IMG/VR virus record: IMGVR_UViG_2905639403_000004
Location: 1-64,000 of that record
DNA from: a virus
Taxonomy: Duplodnaviria > Caudoviricetes
DNA: 64,000 nt
Strand: one strand, 5' to 3'
Below are positions 46,886-54,791 of this stretch, in pieces. The first letter of the stretch is position 1. Each line of letters opens with the position of its first letter. Made by a program: the position numbers and the translations under genes. The notes below the pieces were generated by a model. That model did no database searches, had not been told where the DNA came from, and saw nothing but the letters and a program-made list of their open reading frames with translations.

Positions 46886-47977
46886 TTATACTCCGGATTT
46901 TTTTCGATTGTCGTCTTTGCACAGCATTTGCAAATTGGAGAGTACTGTATGCCCACCTTGAGACCAAGGAGTAATATGATCGCCCTCCATCTCGTCGTAC
47001 TCAAAATGCTTGCCGCATACCGGACAGATTCCATTCTGTTTTGCGTATGCTGCTCGCTTGTCCTTAGGCTTAAATGCCCGAATTGATAATACGCGCTCTG
47101 GCCCGCCAAGCACGTACTCAAATATCCCCTTCTGCTTGGTAACATCCTCGTCCTCTATCAGCTCGCTAACTCTAGCTTCGAGCGTAGCCGGATTATACGT
47201 ATTCTCATGATAAGTATCGTATAGAAACCCCCATTCAATCCCCTTCATCAGCTTACGATAGTTAGGAAAAATAGAGGTTGTCCAATTAATTACGTTTTGA
47301 AAGTATAGCCACAGTTCGATTGCCGTTTCATCGTGCTGGTGCTGCGCCATGTACTCCTCAAGCTCAATATCCTGTTTCGACGAGATCCACTTGAGTGTGG
47401 TTTCCAAAAAGTCTTGTCGAATAGCAGAACCATTTAAATAGTCACCGCCAATCTGATATGCGGGACACTGTGATTTCGAAAAGTACTTCTTGGCATCTGT
47501 CAACCATGGCCCCGTATAGATTGCATTTCTAAGTTCTTGTGCAGTAAGCTGCTCCCCAACAGTATTGATCACTTTGAACCAATCCAATTTTTCTCGATCT
47601 GTACCAGTACAAATATAAACCGTCAGAGGATAGTCCAATATTTGCTGCTGTTCTTCCTGTGTGAGCGTGTGAAAGTACTGAAAATTGATGGAGTAATCAC
47701 CCTGTACAAATTGACATATTGAGATTGTTCGCTGCTGTCCATCTAAAATTTCATAGTGTCCATCTTCTGCAACAACCCAATACATAACATTCAGTGGGAA
47801 CCCCTTGCGGACGGTATTAATAACTTCATCACGTTGCTTAGGTTTGTAGACGAATTCACGCTGAAAGGCCGGACGAATATTTAATTTTCCGTCATATCCA
47901 TATACACCATCTTCATCGGAATCTACATATCCGTTTACGATTTGGCTTACTGGAATATCCTTTTTCTCAATTTGCAT
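46886..47977 (-). CDS. DUF262 (GmrS/ParB-like) + HNH endonuclease
   Basis: RPAFQREFVY, LDGQQR, FKVINT.G..L..QELRNA; C-terminal CPVC..DHITPWSQGGHT..NLQMLC..N. Confidence 0.9.
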   Translation of the reverse strand: MQIEKKDIPVSQIVNGYVDSDEDGVYGYDGKLNIRPAFQREFVYKPKQRDEVINTVRKGFPLNVMYWVVAEDGHYEILDGQQRTISICQFVQGDYSINFQYFHTLTQEEQQQILDYPLTVYICTGTDREKLDWFKVINTVGEQLTAQELRNAIYTGPWLTDAKKYFSKSQCPAYQIGGDYLNGSAIRQDFLETTLKWISSKQDIELEEYMAQHQHDETAIELWLYFQNVINWTTSIFPNYRKLMKGIEWGFLYDTYHENTYNPATLEARVSELIEDEDVTKQKGIFEYVLGGPERVLSIRAFKPKDKRAAYAKQNGICPVCGKHFEYDEMEGDHITPWSQGGHTVLSNLQMLCKDDNRKKSGV

Positions 47978-48929
47978 GCGTTTGGCCTCCCTTGTTGCGA
48001 ATTAACACTCTCTTGTACATTGATTTAACGGTGCCATCTTTTTTAGTCAACAAAAGCCCTGAACTTTTTACATCAACAATTTCAAACTGATCTGGATTGT
48101 ACCGCGTCATGTAAGTAATTGGCACACCAATGACACCAAAGTAGTCACAAGGAATATCCGCAACCCGGGATACCTCAATGGCATCATAGTTATCATATTT
48201 TGGATATATCTCTGGAGAATAGTTCTTGAAGATTGTCAGCTTTTCGTGACGTTGTGTCGTATCTAAGTTGGTATACCAGCAAATGTTTCCCATTCTCCGC
48301 CATTTTTGTCCATTTTCATCAATCTTGAAATCCGTTTTCTTCGCCTCATAGCTTTCAGGTACCTTAAACCAAAAGTGTCCAGAATTGTACCCTAGCCAAA
48401 TTTCGTTGGCCATAATTGAAGGCAGTACCTCTTTATAGGTAATTGCGTTGAGATTACCAATCACTAGGAATGTTTTGTGAAAAGCTCTTAACTGTGCGAT
48501 GTAATCAGTAAATAGACTGAAAGGGGGATTGGTTACGACAATATCGGCTTCTTTAAGTAACTGAATTGCTTCCGGACTTCGAAAATCGCCATCTCCAGTT
48601 AGTGGTGTTTCAACGTAATCCGGTAAAAATGCAAGTTGTCCAATCTTGTCATCTTGTCTAATTATTTCCAATTTATAACTGGGTTTGTCGGATTCATAGT
48701 GCGTAGATATTAGTTTTTTTAGGCCTAACATGTAAAAGTTAATCTGAAAGTATTTCCAGAAATTACTGATGGCTGGATCATCACAATTACAAAACACAAC
48801 CTTATTCTTGAAATACTCACGATAATGGCGTAACTCGTTTTCAATCATTGAAATATCAGTATAAAACTCATCTGTTTTTCCAGCACGTGATACATGAAGG
48901 TTACTGTTTGTTTGCTCTTTCACGTTCAT
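47967..48929 (-). CDS. Adenine-specific DNA methyltransferase, EcoRI family
   Basis: DEFYT, VVFCNCDDP, GDFRS, VVTNPPFSLF, YDNYDAIEV and GVPIT motifs. Confidence 0.9.
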   Translation of the reverse strand: MNVKEQTNSNLHVSRAGKTDEFYTDISMIENELRHYREYFKNKVVFCNCDDPAISNFWKYFQINFYMLGLKKLISTHYESDKPSYKLEIIRQDDKIGQLAFLPDYVETPLTGDGDFRSPEAIQLLKEADIVVTNPPFSLFTDYIAQLRAFHKTFLVIGNLNAITYKEVLPSIMANEIWLGYNSGHFWFKVPESYEAKKTDFKIDENGQKWRRMGNICWYTNLDTTQRHEKLTIFKNYSPEIYPKYDNYDAIEVSRVADIPCDYFGVIGVPITYMTRYNPDQFEIVDVKSSGLLLTKKDGTVKSMYKRVLIRNKGGQTHAN

Positions 48930-48946
48930 TACTCCAATTTATTATT

Positions 48947-49873
48947 TTATCTCTGTACATGTCTGTCATTGACTCTGAGATAGTAGGTAGCCAGACTAAC
49001 AGACGTATTGAGTAGTAGTTCCGCCTCTGCTGCCTGAATTTTTACTCGTTCATTGCTAGCATGTGCATCGCCATCTTTATTGCGCATTTCTGCGATTAAA
49101 TCGGTGATTCCATTTAAGTGACTAATCATTTTCGTAATACGTGGATTCCACTCCCGAGAAGGTCTCATTCCCAATGCTTTAACCACTAAATTACGATATT
49201 GACCAATATCGCCATTACGCTTACACTCTACGTCGTTATCGGACAATATTTGAAGAAACACCTCTTCGATAAGTGTTCTAGCCTTTGTAACTACGCTGTC
49301 AAAATCATTATCCTGCAAGTCATCTTGTCCCTGGGCCAACAACTCTGAAATGTATCCTGAATTGATCCTCTTGATCGGCACGAGGACTTTTACATTCTCA
49401 TCTGCTGCGATAATTTCCCACGAATTACCACTAGATACGAGTTTTAAGTTGCTGTAGAGAAGAATGGCGTTTATCTCTCTGATTACGCGCTGCTTAATTG
49501 CGTCTGCTACAATCAGGATGTCCTTAGATTCATCACCAGTAAGGCCTTCCAGAATAAAGTTATCAATTTCCTTCAGTTGCGAAAACTGACTTCCAGAAAG
49601 ATACTCATTAATCACAGGTCGCAACTGTGCTGGTGAAAATAGAAACGATAATAAAGAAGCCGTTCGATCATTTGCATGAGTTGCACTGATTATCGAACTC
49701 ATTCGGCGTAATCTGTTTGAACCTTCTGGATTTGGAGAACCAAATCTGGATCCCAGAGCGTCAAGATCTGCATTTGTTCGGTAAGTTATCCACGGTCGGT
49801 CAATCAAGAAAGTTGTAATATCTGTGTTTTCCAGTAATTTAAAATTTTCTGACTCCAATGCCGTTTCCCCCAC
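48947..49873 (-). CDS. Abortive-infection Abi_C (HEPN-like) domain protein
   Basis: VTKARTLIEEV...MRNKDGDAH...AEAELLLN; start may be the TTG at 49858. Confidence 0.82.
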   Translation of the reverse strand: MGETALESENFKLLENTDITTFLIDRPWITYRTNADLDALGSRFGSPNPEGSNRLRRMSSIISATHANDRTASLLSFLFSPAQLRPVINEYLSGSQFSQLKEIDNFILEGLTGDESKDILIVADAIKQRVIREINAILLYSNLKLVSSGNSWEIIAADENVKVLVPIKRINSGYISELLAQGQDDLQDNDFDSVVTKARTLIEEVFLQILSDNDVECKRNGDIGQYRNLVVKALGMRPSREWNPRITKMISHLNGITDLIAEMRNKDGDAHASNERVKIQAAEAELLLNTSVSLATYYLRVNDRHVQR

Positions 49874-49892
49874 AGTATTAATAACTTATTTA

Positions 49893-49921
49893 ATTATATA
49901 TCCTAAGCCCATAAGTGCCAA
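49893..49921 (-). promoter_or_regulatory. Consensus sigma-A promoter for the cargo operon
   Basis: TTGGCA-17-TATAAT. Confidence 0.7.
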
Positions 49922-50155
49922 GCACTCTACTGTGTATTCTCGCAAGTTCATTTTTCCGCCAGACTAAAAAAGGCCACCAGAACCAAGTAAGTTCTAGCAG
50001 TCTTAAATGAGTTTTCGATTGATTGTCCACCATAATTAGGCGGAGTTTCGGCGGAGCACCATATTTTTTTGGCGGAGTTGGCGGAGTTTGAGCTGCCTTG
50101 AGCAAATCCAAAATGCCTCTGTATCACTCTTTCTAGCTCAAATTGGCCTACATCG

Positions 50156-50226
50156 CTATTCCCACTCAATCGTTGCATGTAACTGAGATGATCACCATTA
50201 ATTGACCTGTACCTGTTTTGTACCTG
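50156..50226. other. guaA-derived att core shared by the IME and P2, with P2 arm repeats
   Basis: Minus strand GCAACGATTGAGTGGGAATAG = ATIEWE* (GMP synthase C-terminus); TGTACCTG x2 at 50208 and 50219. Confidence 0.8.
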
Positions 50227-50261
50227 CAAATAGCCTTTTTAAATGTTTTTTGTTATTCACC

Positions 50262-50287
50262 ATACTAACAAGCCTGCTTGTTAGTAT
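50262..50287 (-). terminator. Hairpin downstream of the moron operon
   Basis: ATACTAACAAGC/GCTTGTTAGTAT perfect 12-bp stem. Confidence 0.55.
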
Positions 50288-50295
50288 AGTTGTCG

Positions 50296-51438
50296 TTATT
50301 TTAGAACCCTAAGCTTGAAACGTCCAGAATCTTTTTTTTCATCGCTTTTCAATCCAAGCACCTCGCTAGCTTGATCCACATTTAAACCAGTTTTAAATGC
50401 TACTGAATTCAGTGTCTTTAGTGCTCCGTTCGAGGTAAATGAAATGGCACTACCAAGAAATGACGGGAGTTCGGTCGGTATGCTGTCATCAAGAGGTTCT
50501 TCTTCACGCCACCCATTTCTGTAAATAGTCTGTCTTAGAAAAAGAGCCTGAGAATCAGAAATAAGACCAAGTTGATTACCACGATAAATTAATGACTGAA
50601 TTGATACCTTCCAGTGTTCCTTCAGTTGTATTAAATAATTCATGTTATTTCTGATCATGTCAAGTGCTATACCTTTTGCAGGCATTAATATTGCTCCGGC
50701 AATATGTTGTGCCTCCGATTCGATAGTCCTCCTGTTATCTGTGTTTTGAACATCAGATTCAGAATAGTGCGAATGAAGCAAAATGTGACCCAACTCATGC
50801 GCTAAATTAAATCGTATTCTGACACTAGATTTTCGTCTAGAATTTAAAATTATATACGGTCTTTTGTTGATCCATCCCGTAACGGCGTCAACCTTTTCGC
50901 TTTCAAGATCCGCGAACTTAACGCGTATTCCCATTCTCTCAACTAAGAGTGTCATATTTGTTATGGGACCGACTCCCAGATCATAATCTTCTCTCACGTT
51001 TTCTGCCATTTTTTCAACATAGTCAAATGACAAGGGGGTAAACTTCGATAAAGTATTCGCATAAGCTTGCGGCTTAAATGCTGGTAATTGTAACTCTCGA
51101 TCTAAATCTTGTTCAACATATGCAAAAAAGAGCGCATTGTATTTTGCTTGAAGCACTTTCCGCTTTGGCAGCACTGCTGCCTTACGGAAAAAAACTGGAC
51201 CAGCAAACGAAGGAATTTTTTGATTCACCAAAAAAAACTGATGATTGACTCCGAAGTGACGTGCCAATGCCTCAATTCCACGAAAATCAGGTTCACGTTC
51301 TCCTCGTTCCAGCATTGATATATAGTTCGCACTATAGCCAGTCTCTTTCCCGACTTCCGCAAGACTCTCACTCTTTAAGCGCCGTAGAAACGAAAGCTTG
51401 CTTGACTCGAAGTGACCACTAAGACGAATTAACGACAT
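50296..51438 (-). CDS. XRE-HTH + ImmA/IrrE (peptidase M78) protein
   Basis: SLAEVGKETGYSANYISMLERGEREP HTH; FFRK; RFNLAHELGH; ESEA; WKVSIQSLIYR. Confidence 0.9.
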   Translation of the reverse strand: MSLIRLSGHFESSKLSFLRRLKSESLAEVGKETGYSANYISMLERGEREPDFRGIEALARHFGVNHQFFLVNQKIPSFAGPVFFRKAAVLPKRKVLQAKYNALFFAYVEQDLDRELQLPAFKPQAYANTLSKFTPLSFDYVEKMAENVREDYDLGVGPITNMTLLVERMGIRVKFADLESEKVDAVTGWINKRPYIILNSRRKSSVRIRFNLAHELGHILLHSHYSESDVQNTDNRRTIESEAQHIAGAILMPAKGIALDMIRNNMNYLIQLKEHWKVSIQSLIYRGNQLGLISDSQALFLRQTIYRNGWREEEPLDDSIPTELPSFLGSAISFTSNGALKTLNSVAFKTGLNVDQASEVLGLKSDEKKDSGRFKLRVLK

Positions 51439-51444
51439 TCTGCC

Positions 51445-52122
51445 TCACCCTTTACTACTATCTTGTTTGAAACGACGAAACTCCTCTGGACTAAATGCTG
51501 CCATCTGTTTAGCAGTAGTTTTAATATCTCGCCTTTCACCACCAGATGACACGCTTAGCCCTGTGGGCAAACTAACACCCTGCAAACGTCCATTCTTACA
51601 TGGTTTCCCCAAGACTGCAAACTTTGGGATTTGTGATTGATACCCGTGATTGAGTTCAAGATATGTTGCCCCTTTATAGAGTTCCTCATCATCGAACAAA
51701 ATCAGTCGAGAATCATATTCATCAAATAATGCCATACGAAATTTTGCATCTCGACTAATTGAGTGTTTGGTTCGAGTCTGATTTACCGTTATTACTACTT
51801 GACCATCACGACTGTGTAATTGTAAGAAAAGCCCTTTATTTTGTGGGACTTCACCAAAATCATAACTAAATGGGATCACCTTCTGATCACAAGCCCGGGC
51901 CAAAGCGCACTCAACAGCCATATTCTTATACTCTGGAATTAACTTCTTTGCTCTGGGGGTCATCAAAAAATCAGGAGCTTCTGCACCCAAAAAATTTTGA
52001 ACTGCTTGATAACTCGCAGCAACGATACCCCCCATGAGAATTCTTTGTGTCGGTGTAACTGTGTGTTCCAAAAGTGAAAAAACAGATTTGGGAGCTGGAA
52101 CAAATTTTGCTGAGAAGACCAT
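51445..52122 (-). CDS. Hypothetical protein, partner of the HTH-ImmA/IrrE gene (toxin/effector candidate)
   Basis: 225 aa; ends 6 nt before the HTH-peptidase start; own promoter. Confidence 0.75.
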   Translation of the reverse strand: MVFSAKFVPAPKSVFSLLEHTVTPTQRILMGGIVAASYQAVQNFLGAEAPDFLMTPRAKKLIPEYKNMAVECALARACDQKVIPFSYDFGEVPQNKGLFLQLHSRDGQVVITVNQTRTKHSISRDAKFRMALFDEYDSRLILFDDEELYKGATYLELNHGYQSQIPKFAVLGKPCKNGRLQGVSLPTGLSVSSGGERRDIKTTAKQMAAFSPEEFRRFKQDSSKG

Positions 52123-52137
52123 TGAAATCTCCGCCTT

Positions 52138-52190
52138 TCACATCGTTTAAACTATATTACATCTTTATGACTTTTTTGTAAACAATGTGA
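52138..52190 (-). promoter_or_regulatory. Moron promoter bracketed by an inverted-repeat operator
   Basis: TTTACA-17-TAATAT (52182-52154); TCACATCGTTTA (52138) / TAAACAATGTGA (52179) inverted repeat. Confidence 0.65.
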
Positions 52191-52251
52191 TTTATACACA
52201 AAAATAGCCCTCCACCCGCATTAGCGAGCAGAGGGCTGTTTTGTAATGTAC

Positions 52252-53304
52252 TTAAAATGGACTGGCGGAACTAATGCTGATTTGCAAACGATCAAGCGGT
52301 TCTCCAAACATGCCGGCGTATGTGTCTGTGTACTGTGGCAAACTCGTGCCATCATCACATACAACGCCGAGCCAGCCAGCCCGTTGTGTCGTCTGACTGC
52401 GGTAATACGCTTGCTGGTACGACTCACCAGCAGGAGTAAGAAAGATGATCTGGACTCCATCAATCACTTCGCCAGCATTACCGGCACAGCCGTTGACCGT
52501 ATCATTGCGATCACCTTTGGCTACCCAAGGCAGCCAACCACTTTGAACTGTGTGGACGCGATACTTAACGCTACCATGATCAACTTTGATGTACAGCAGA
52601 TCATGCTGATAATTAGGCATACCAGCAAAACCGTTGTCACCAGATCCGAAGTTGGTCACCTCATCAAGCCAACGGACACCGAGCAGATGCAGACCGTAGG
52701 CTACGTTGACATTTCTAGTTACAATTGCTTGTGGACGCGCGCTTTGTGCTGCTGGTGCGCTCTTAGATGCATCTACGGTAGTTGTCCCATTAGCAAGGTC
52801 GGCCGCCAGCTTCTCCTTTGTAATGCCCCAACGTGCTAGATAACCATAAGGATCAGTGTGATCACCCCAAATATGCTGTGTTACCCACAAATGAGACTTG
52901 ATGCCAGGTGTTCCAGCACCGCCAGCATCCAAACTAGTCGGAATGCCATATTGAGCAGCCATATCACGTGCAAGCTCAATATAAACGGCATAATCCTTCT
53001 TGAAAGTTTCGGGATCACGAGTGTGGCCCAATTCAATTTGGACCGGGCTGTTAGCATTTGCCACTGTCCCAGCGCCCCACTGAACATAACCAGGTTCACC
53101 AACTTGATAAACCTGACCGCCATCGCCCACAACAAATGCCGTATAAGCAATTTCAGCAGCAATATTGTTTTTGAAGTAAGCGGCATTTGCACGCGCGCCA
53201 GATTCGGCACCTACATCATGCAGGATAATGTAAAGTCGATTAGCTACTTGCGATGAGCCTTCATTTGCACCCAAAGCAAATTCTTTGTTGATGGTATAAC
53301 TCAT
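52252..53304 (-). CDS. Endolysin, N-acetylmuramoyl-L-alanine amidase (Amidase_2)
   Basis: IILHDVG, WGAG..AN..QIEL, SHLWV, DHTDP motifs; YRVH..GWLPWV C-terminal domain. Confidence 0.9.
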   Translation of the reverse strand: MSYTINKEFALGANEGSSQVANRLYIILHDVGAESGARANAAYFKNNIAAEIAYTAFVVGDGGQVYQVGEPGYVQWGAGTVANANSPVQIELGHTRDPETFKKDYAVYIELARDMAAQYGIPTSLDAGGAGTPGIKSHLWVTQHIWGDHTDPYGYLARWGITKEKLAADLANGTTTVDASKSAPAAQSARPQAIVTRNVNVAYGLHLLGVRWLDEVTNFGSGDNGFAGMPNYQHDLLYIKVDHGSVKYRVHTVQSGWLPWVAKGDRNDTVNGCAGNAGEVIDGVQIIFLTPAGESYQQAYYRSQTTQRAGWLGVVCDDGTSLPQYTDTYAGMFGEPLDRLQISISSASPF

Positions 53305-53305
53305 A

Positions 53306-53737
53306 CTATTTTGCCTCCTCACTAGCTACTGAAGCAACAGATTCCGGAGCTGACTCCGCCGGTGCTGCAGAAGACGTCTCTGGAACCACTTCACTAGCAG
53401 CAGAAGTTGCCTGATCAGCTGCTTTATCCGCTTGCAGCGCCTTAATTTGATCCTCTAGCGCCTTGATCTTAGCCGCCTTAGTGGTAATAATGCCGGAGTA
53501 GGTTAATGCTTGCTGGCTATCACTTAACCCTTGGGTGGTTGGATCGACTGCCACTCCGACAATGGTCAACAGTGCAAATACGGCATTGACCACTGCGGTG
53601 AGTTCCTTACCCAAGTTGGCAAAGTCCCAGTTGTAACCGAAAACCGCTGCTACCGTTTGAACTACCAACAAAGAAGCTGGCACCAAAGCCAGCCAGAATT
53701 TGACGCTTAATAATCGTACTTTCCAATTAATCTTCAT
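53306..53737 (-). CDS. Holin, phiLC3 family
   Basis: MKINWKVRL..FWLALVP and VDPTT.GLSDS motifs. Confidence 0.92.
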   Translation of the reverse strand: MKINWKVRLLSVKFWLALVPASLLVVQTVAAVFGYNWDFANLGKELTAVVNAVFALLTIVGVAVDPTTQGLSDSQQALTYSGIITTKAAKIKALEDQIKALQADKAADQATSAASEVVPETSSAAPAESAPESVASVASEEAK

Positions 53738-54020
53738 GGTTATCTTCTCCTTTAATGCCTACGTTAGCTTCTAATCGAGTGATTCTTACCGAGTGACTGC
53801 CAAGCTCGTCATCGTGTGCTTTCAGATGAGCATTCAAGTCTGCCAGCGATTGTTCATGCAGTTTTAGCTGACGATTAATTGTCTCTGAAAGCATTTGAAT
53901 ATCAGAACGCAATGGATCTAAGGCAATCTTTTTGAACAGCCAGCTGCCCGCACTTACACCCACCCCTATGATTGATATGAACTCCGCCCAGTCAGCCATC
54001 GTATATCCCAAAAATGTCAC
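53727..54020 (-). CDS. Small lysis-module protein, paralog of 1881-2189
   Basis: Near-identical protein sequence. Confidence 0.8.
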   Translation of the reverse strand: MTFLGYTMADWAEFISIIGVGVSAGSWLFKKIALDPLRSDIQMLSETINRQLKLHEQSLADLNAHLKAHDDELGSHSVRITRLEANVGIKGEDNHED

Positions 54021-54065
54021 TTTCTCACTTCTTCCATAAGGATGTAACGGCTAGTTATAGTTGAC

Positions 54066-54335
54066 TCAATTTTCCGATGTTTTGCTGCTATCTGTGCCCT
54101 TTTTTTCAGAAGTCAAAGAATCCTCTGTGTCATAAAGCAATTGCTGAAATTTGGCAATGTCAGCTCGAACTTCTTTCTTGTTCGCGTCATAGAGTGCCTG
54201 ATTCTGAATTGATTGATTGACCGTATTGGCTCCATTTCCTTCTTGGTCAATAGTTGCGTTCAAATAAGCGACCTGAACATCACCAATGGTGGATGTACCT
54301 GTAAGACTGATGCTCTTGTTAGTTTTCAATGTCAT
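54066..54335 (-). CDS. Hypothetical phage protein
   Basis: LKTNKSISLTGTS..LYDANKKEVRAD..FQ pattern common after Tal in LAB phages. Confidence 0.7.
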   Translation of the reverse strand: MTLKTNKSISLTGTSTIGDVQVAYLNATIDQEGNGANTVNQSIQNQALYDANKKEVRADIAKFQQLLYDTEDSLTSEKKGTDSSKTSEN

Positions 54336-54346
54336 GATTACTTCTC

Positions 54347-54763
54347 TCATTTTTCGAATGCTTCATACAACGCTAAATATGCATCAAGATCGGGTCCGCC
54401 TATTTCGTTCTCATCAACGTAGTCACTGATGATTCGCTGAACATCGTCAATGTGATTCACATAGGTACCACCTTCGATTTCGGCCTTCTGCTCAAGCCAT
54501 TCACCATGAACCTTGTTGTACTCACGAGCTAGGTCGGGATTCAGCTGAATATTACCGTTCGAATCTGTTTTTGATTCTCCGTTCTCGTCTTTAAGAGCAT
54601 ACTGAGCGACTAAGGCTTGCTCATCCTCACCAGCAGATTTCAAAGTTTGCTTTAACAATTTGATGAACTTGGCAAGCGCCAGAGCATCCCTGCCCTTAAC
54701 TTTTATTTGTTCAACAAGTCTGTATACGTTAGCAATATTTGCATTTTCAAGTGTGATTTTCAT
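54347..54763 (-). CDS. DUF1617-like protein
   Basis: MKITLEN..YALKDENG pattern; GGGAGG RBS. Confidence 0.65.
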   Translation of the reverse strand: MKITLENANIANVYRLVEQIKVKGRDALALAKFIKLLKQTLKSAGEDEQALVAQYALKDENGESKTDSNGNIQLNPDLAREYNKVHGEWLEQKAEIEGGTYVNHIDDVQRIISDYVDENEIGGPDLDAYLALYEAFEK

Positions 54764-54791
54764 GTTTTCCTCCCAAATTAAAAGCGCCAGC

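Larger units (their letters stand above)
41445..50176. mobile_element. Integrative mobilizable element targeting the guaA 3' end
   Basis: ATTCCCACTCAAT direct repeats (41447-41459, 50158-50170) encoding IEWE; internal GGCGGAG arm repeats near both ends; int-xis-rep-ftsK module. Confidence 0.85.

Noticed and set aside
49890-50229. 73-aa and 93-aa ORFs at the IME right end
   Set aside because: They span the GGCGGAG arm repeats, att core and promoter; low complexity with no RBS; probably non-coding
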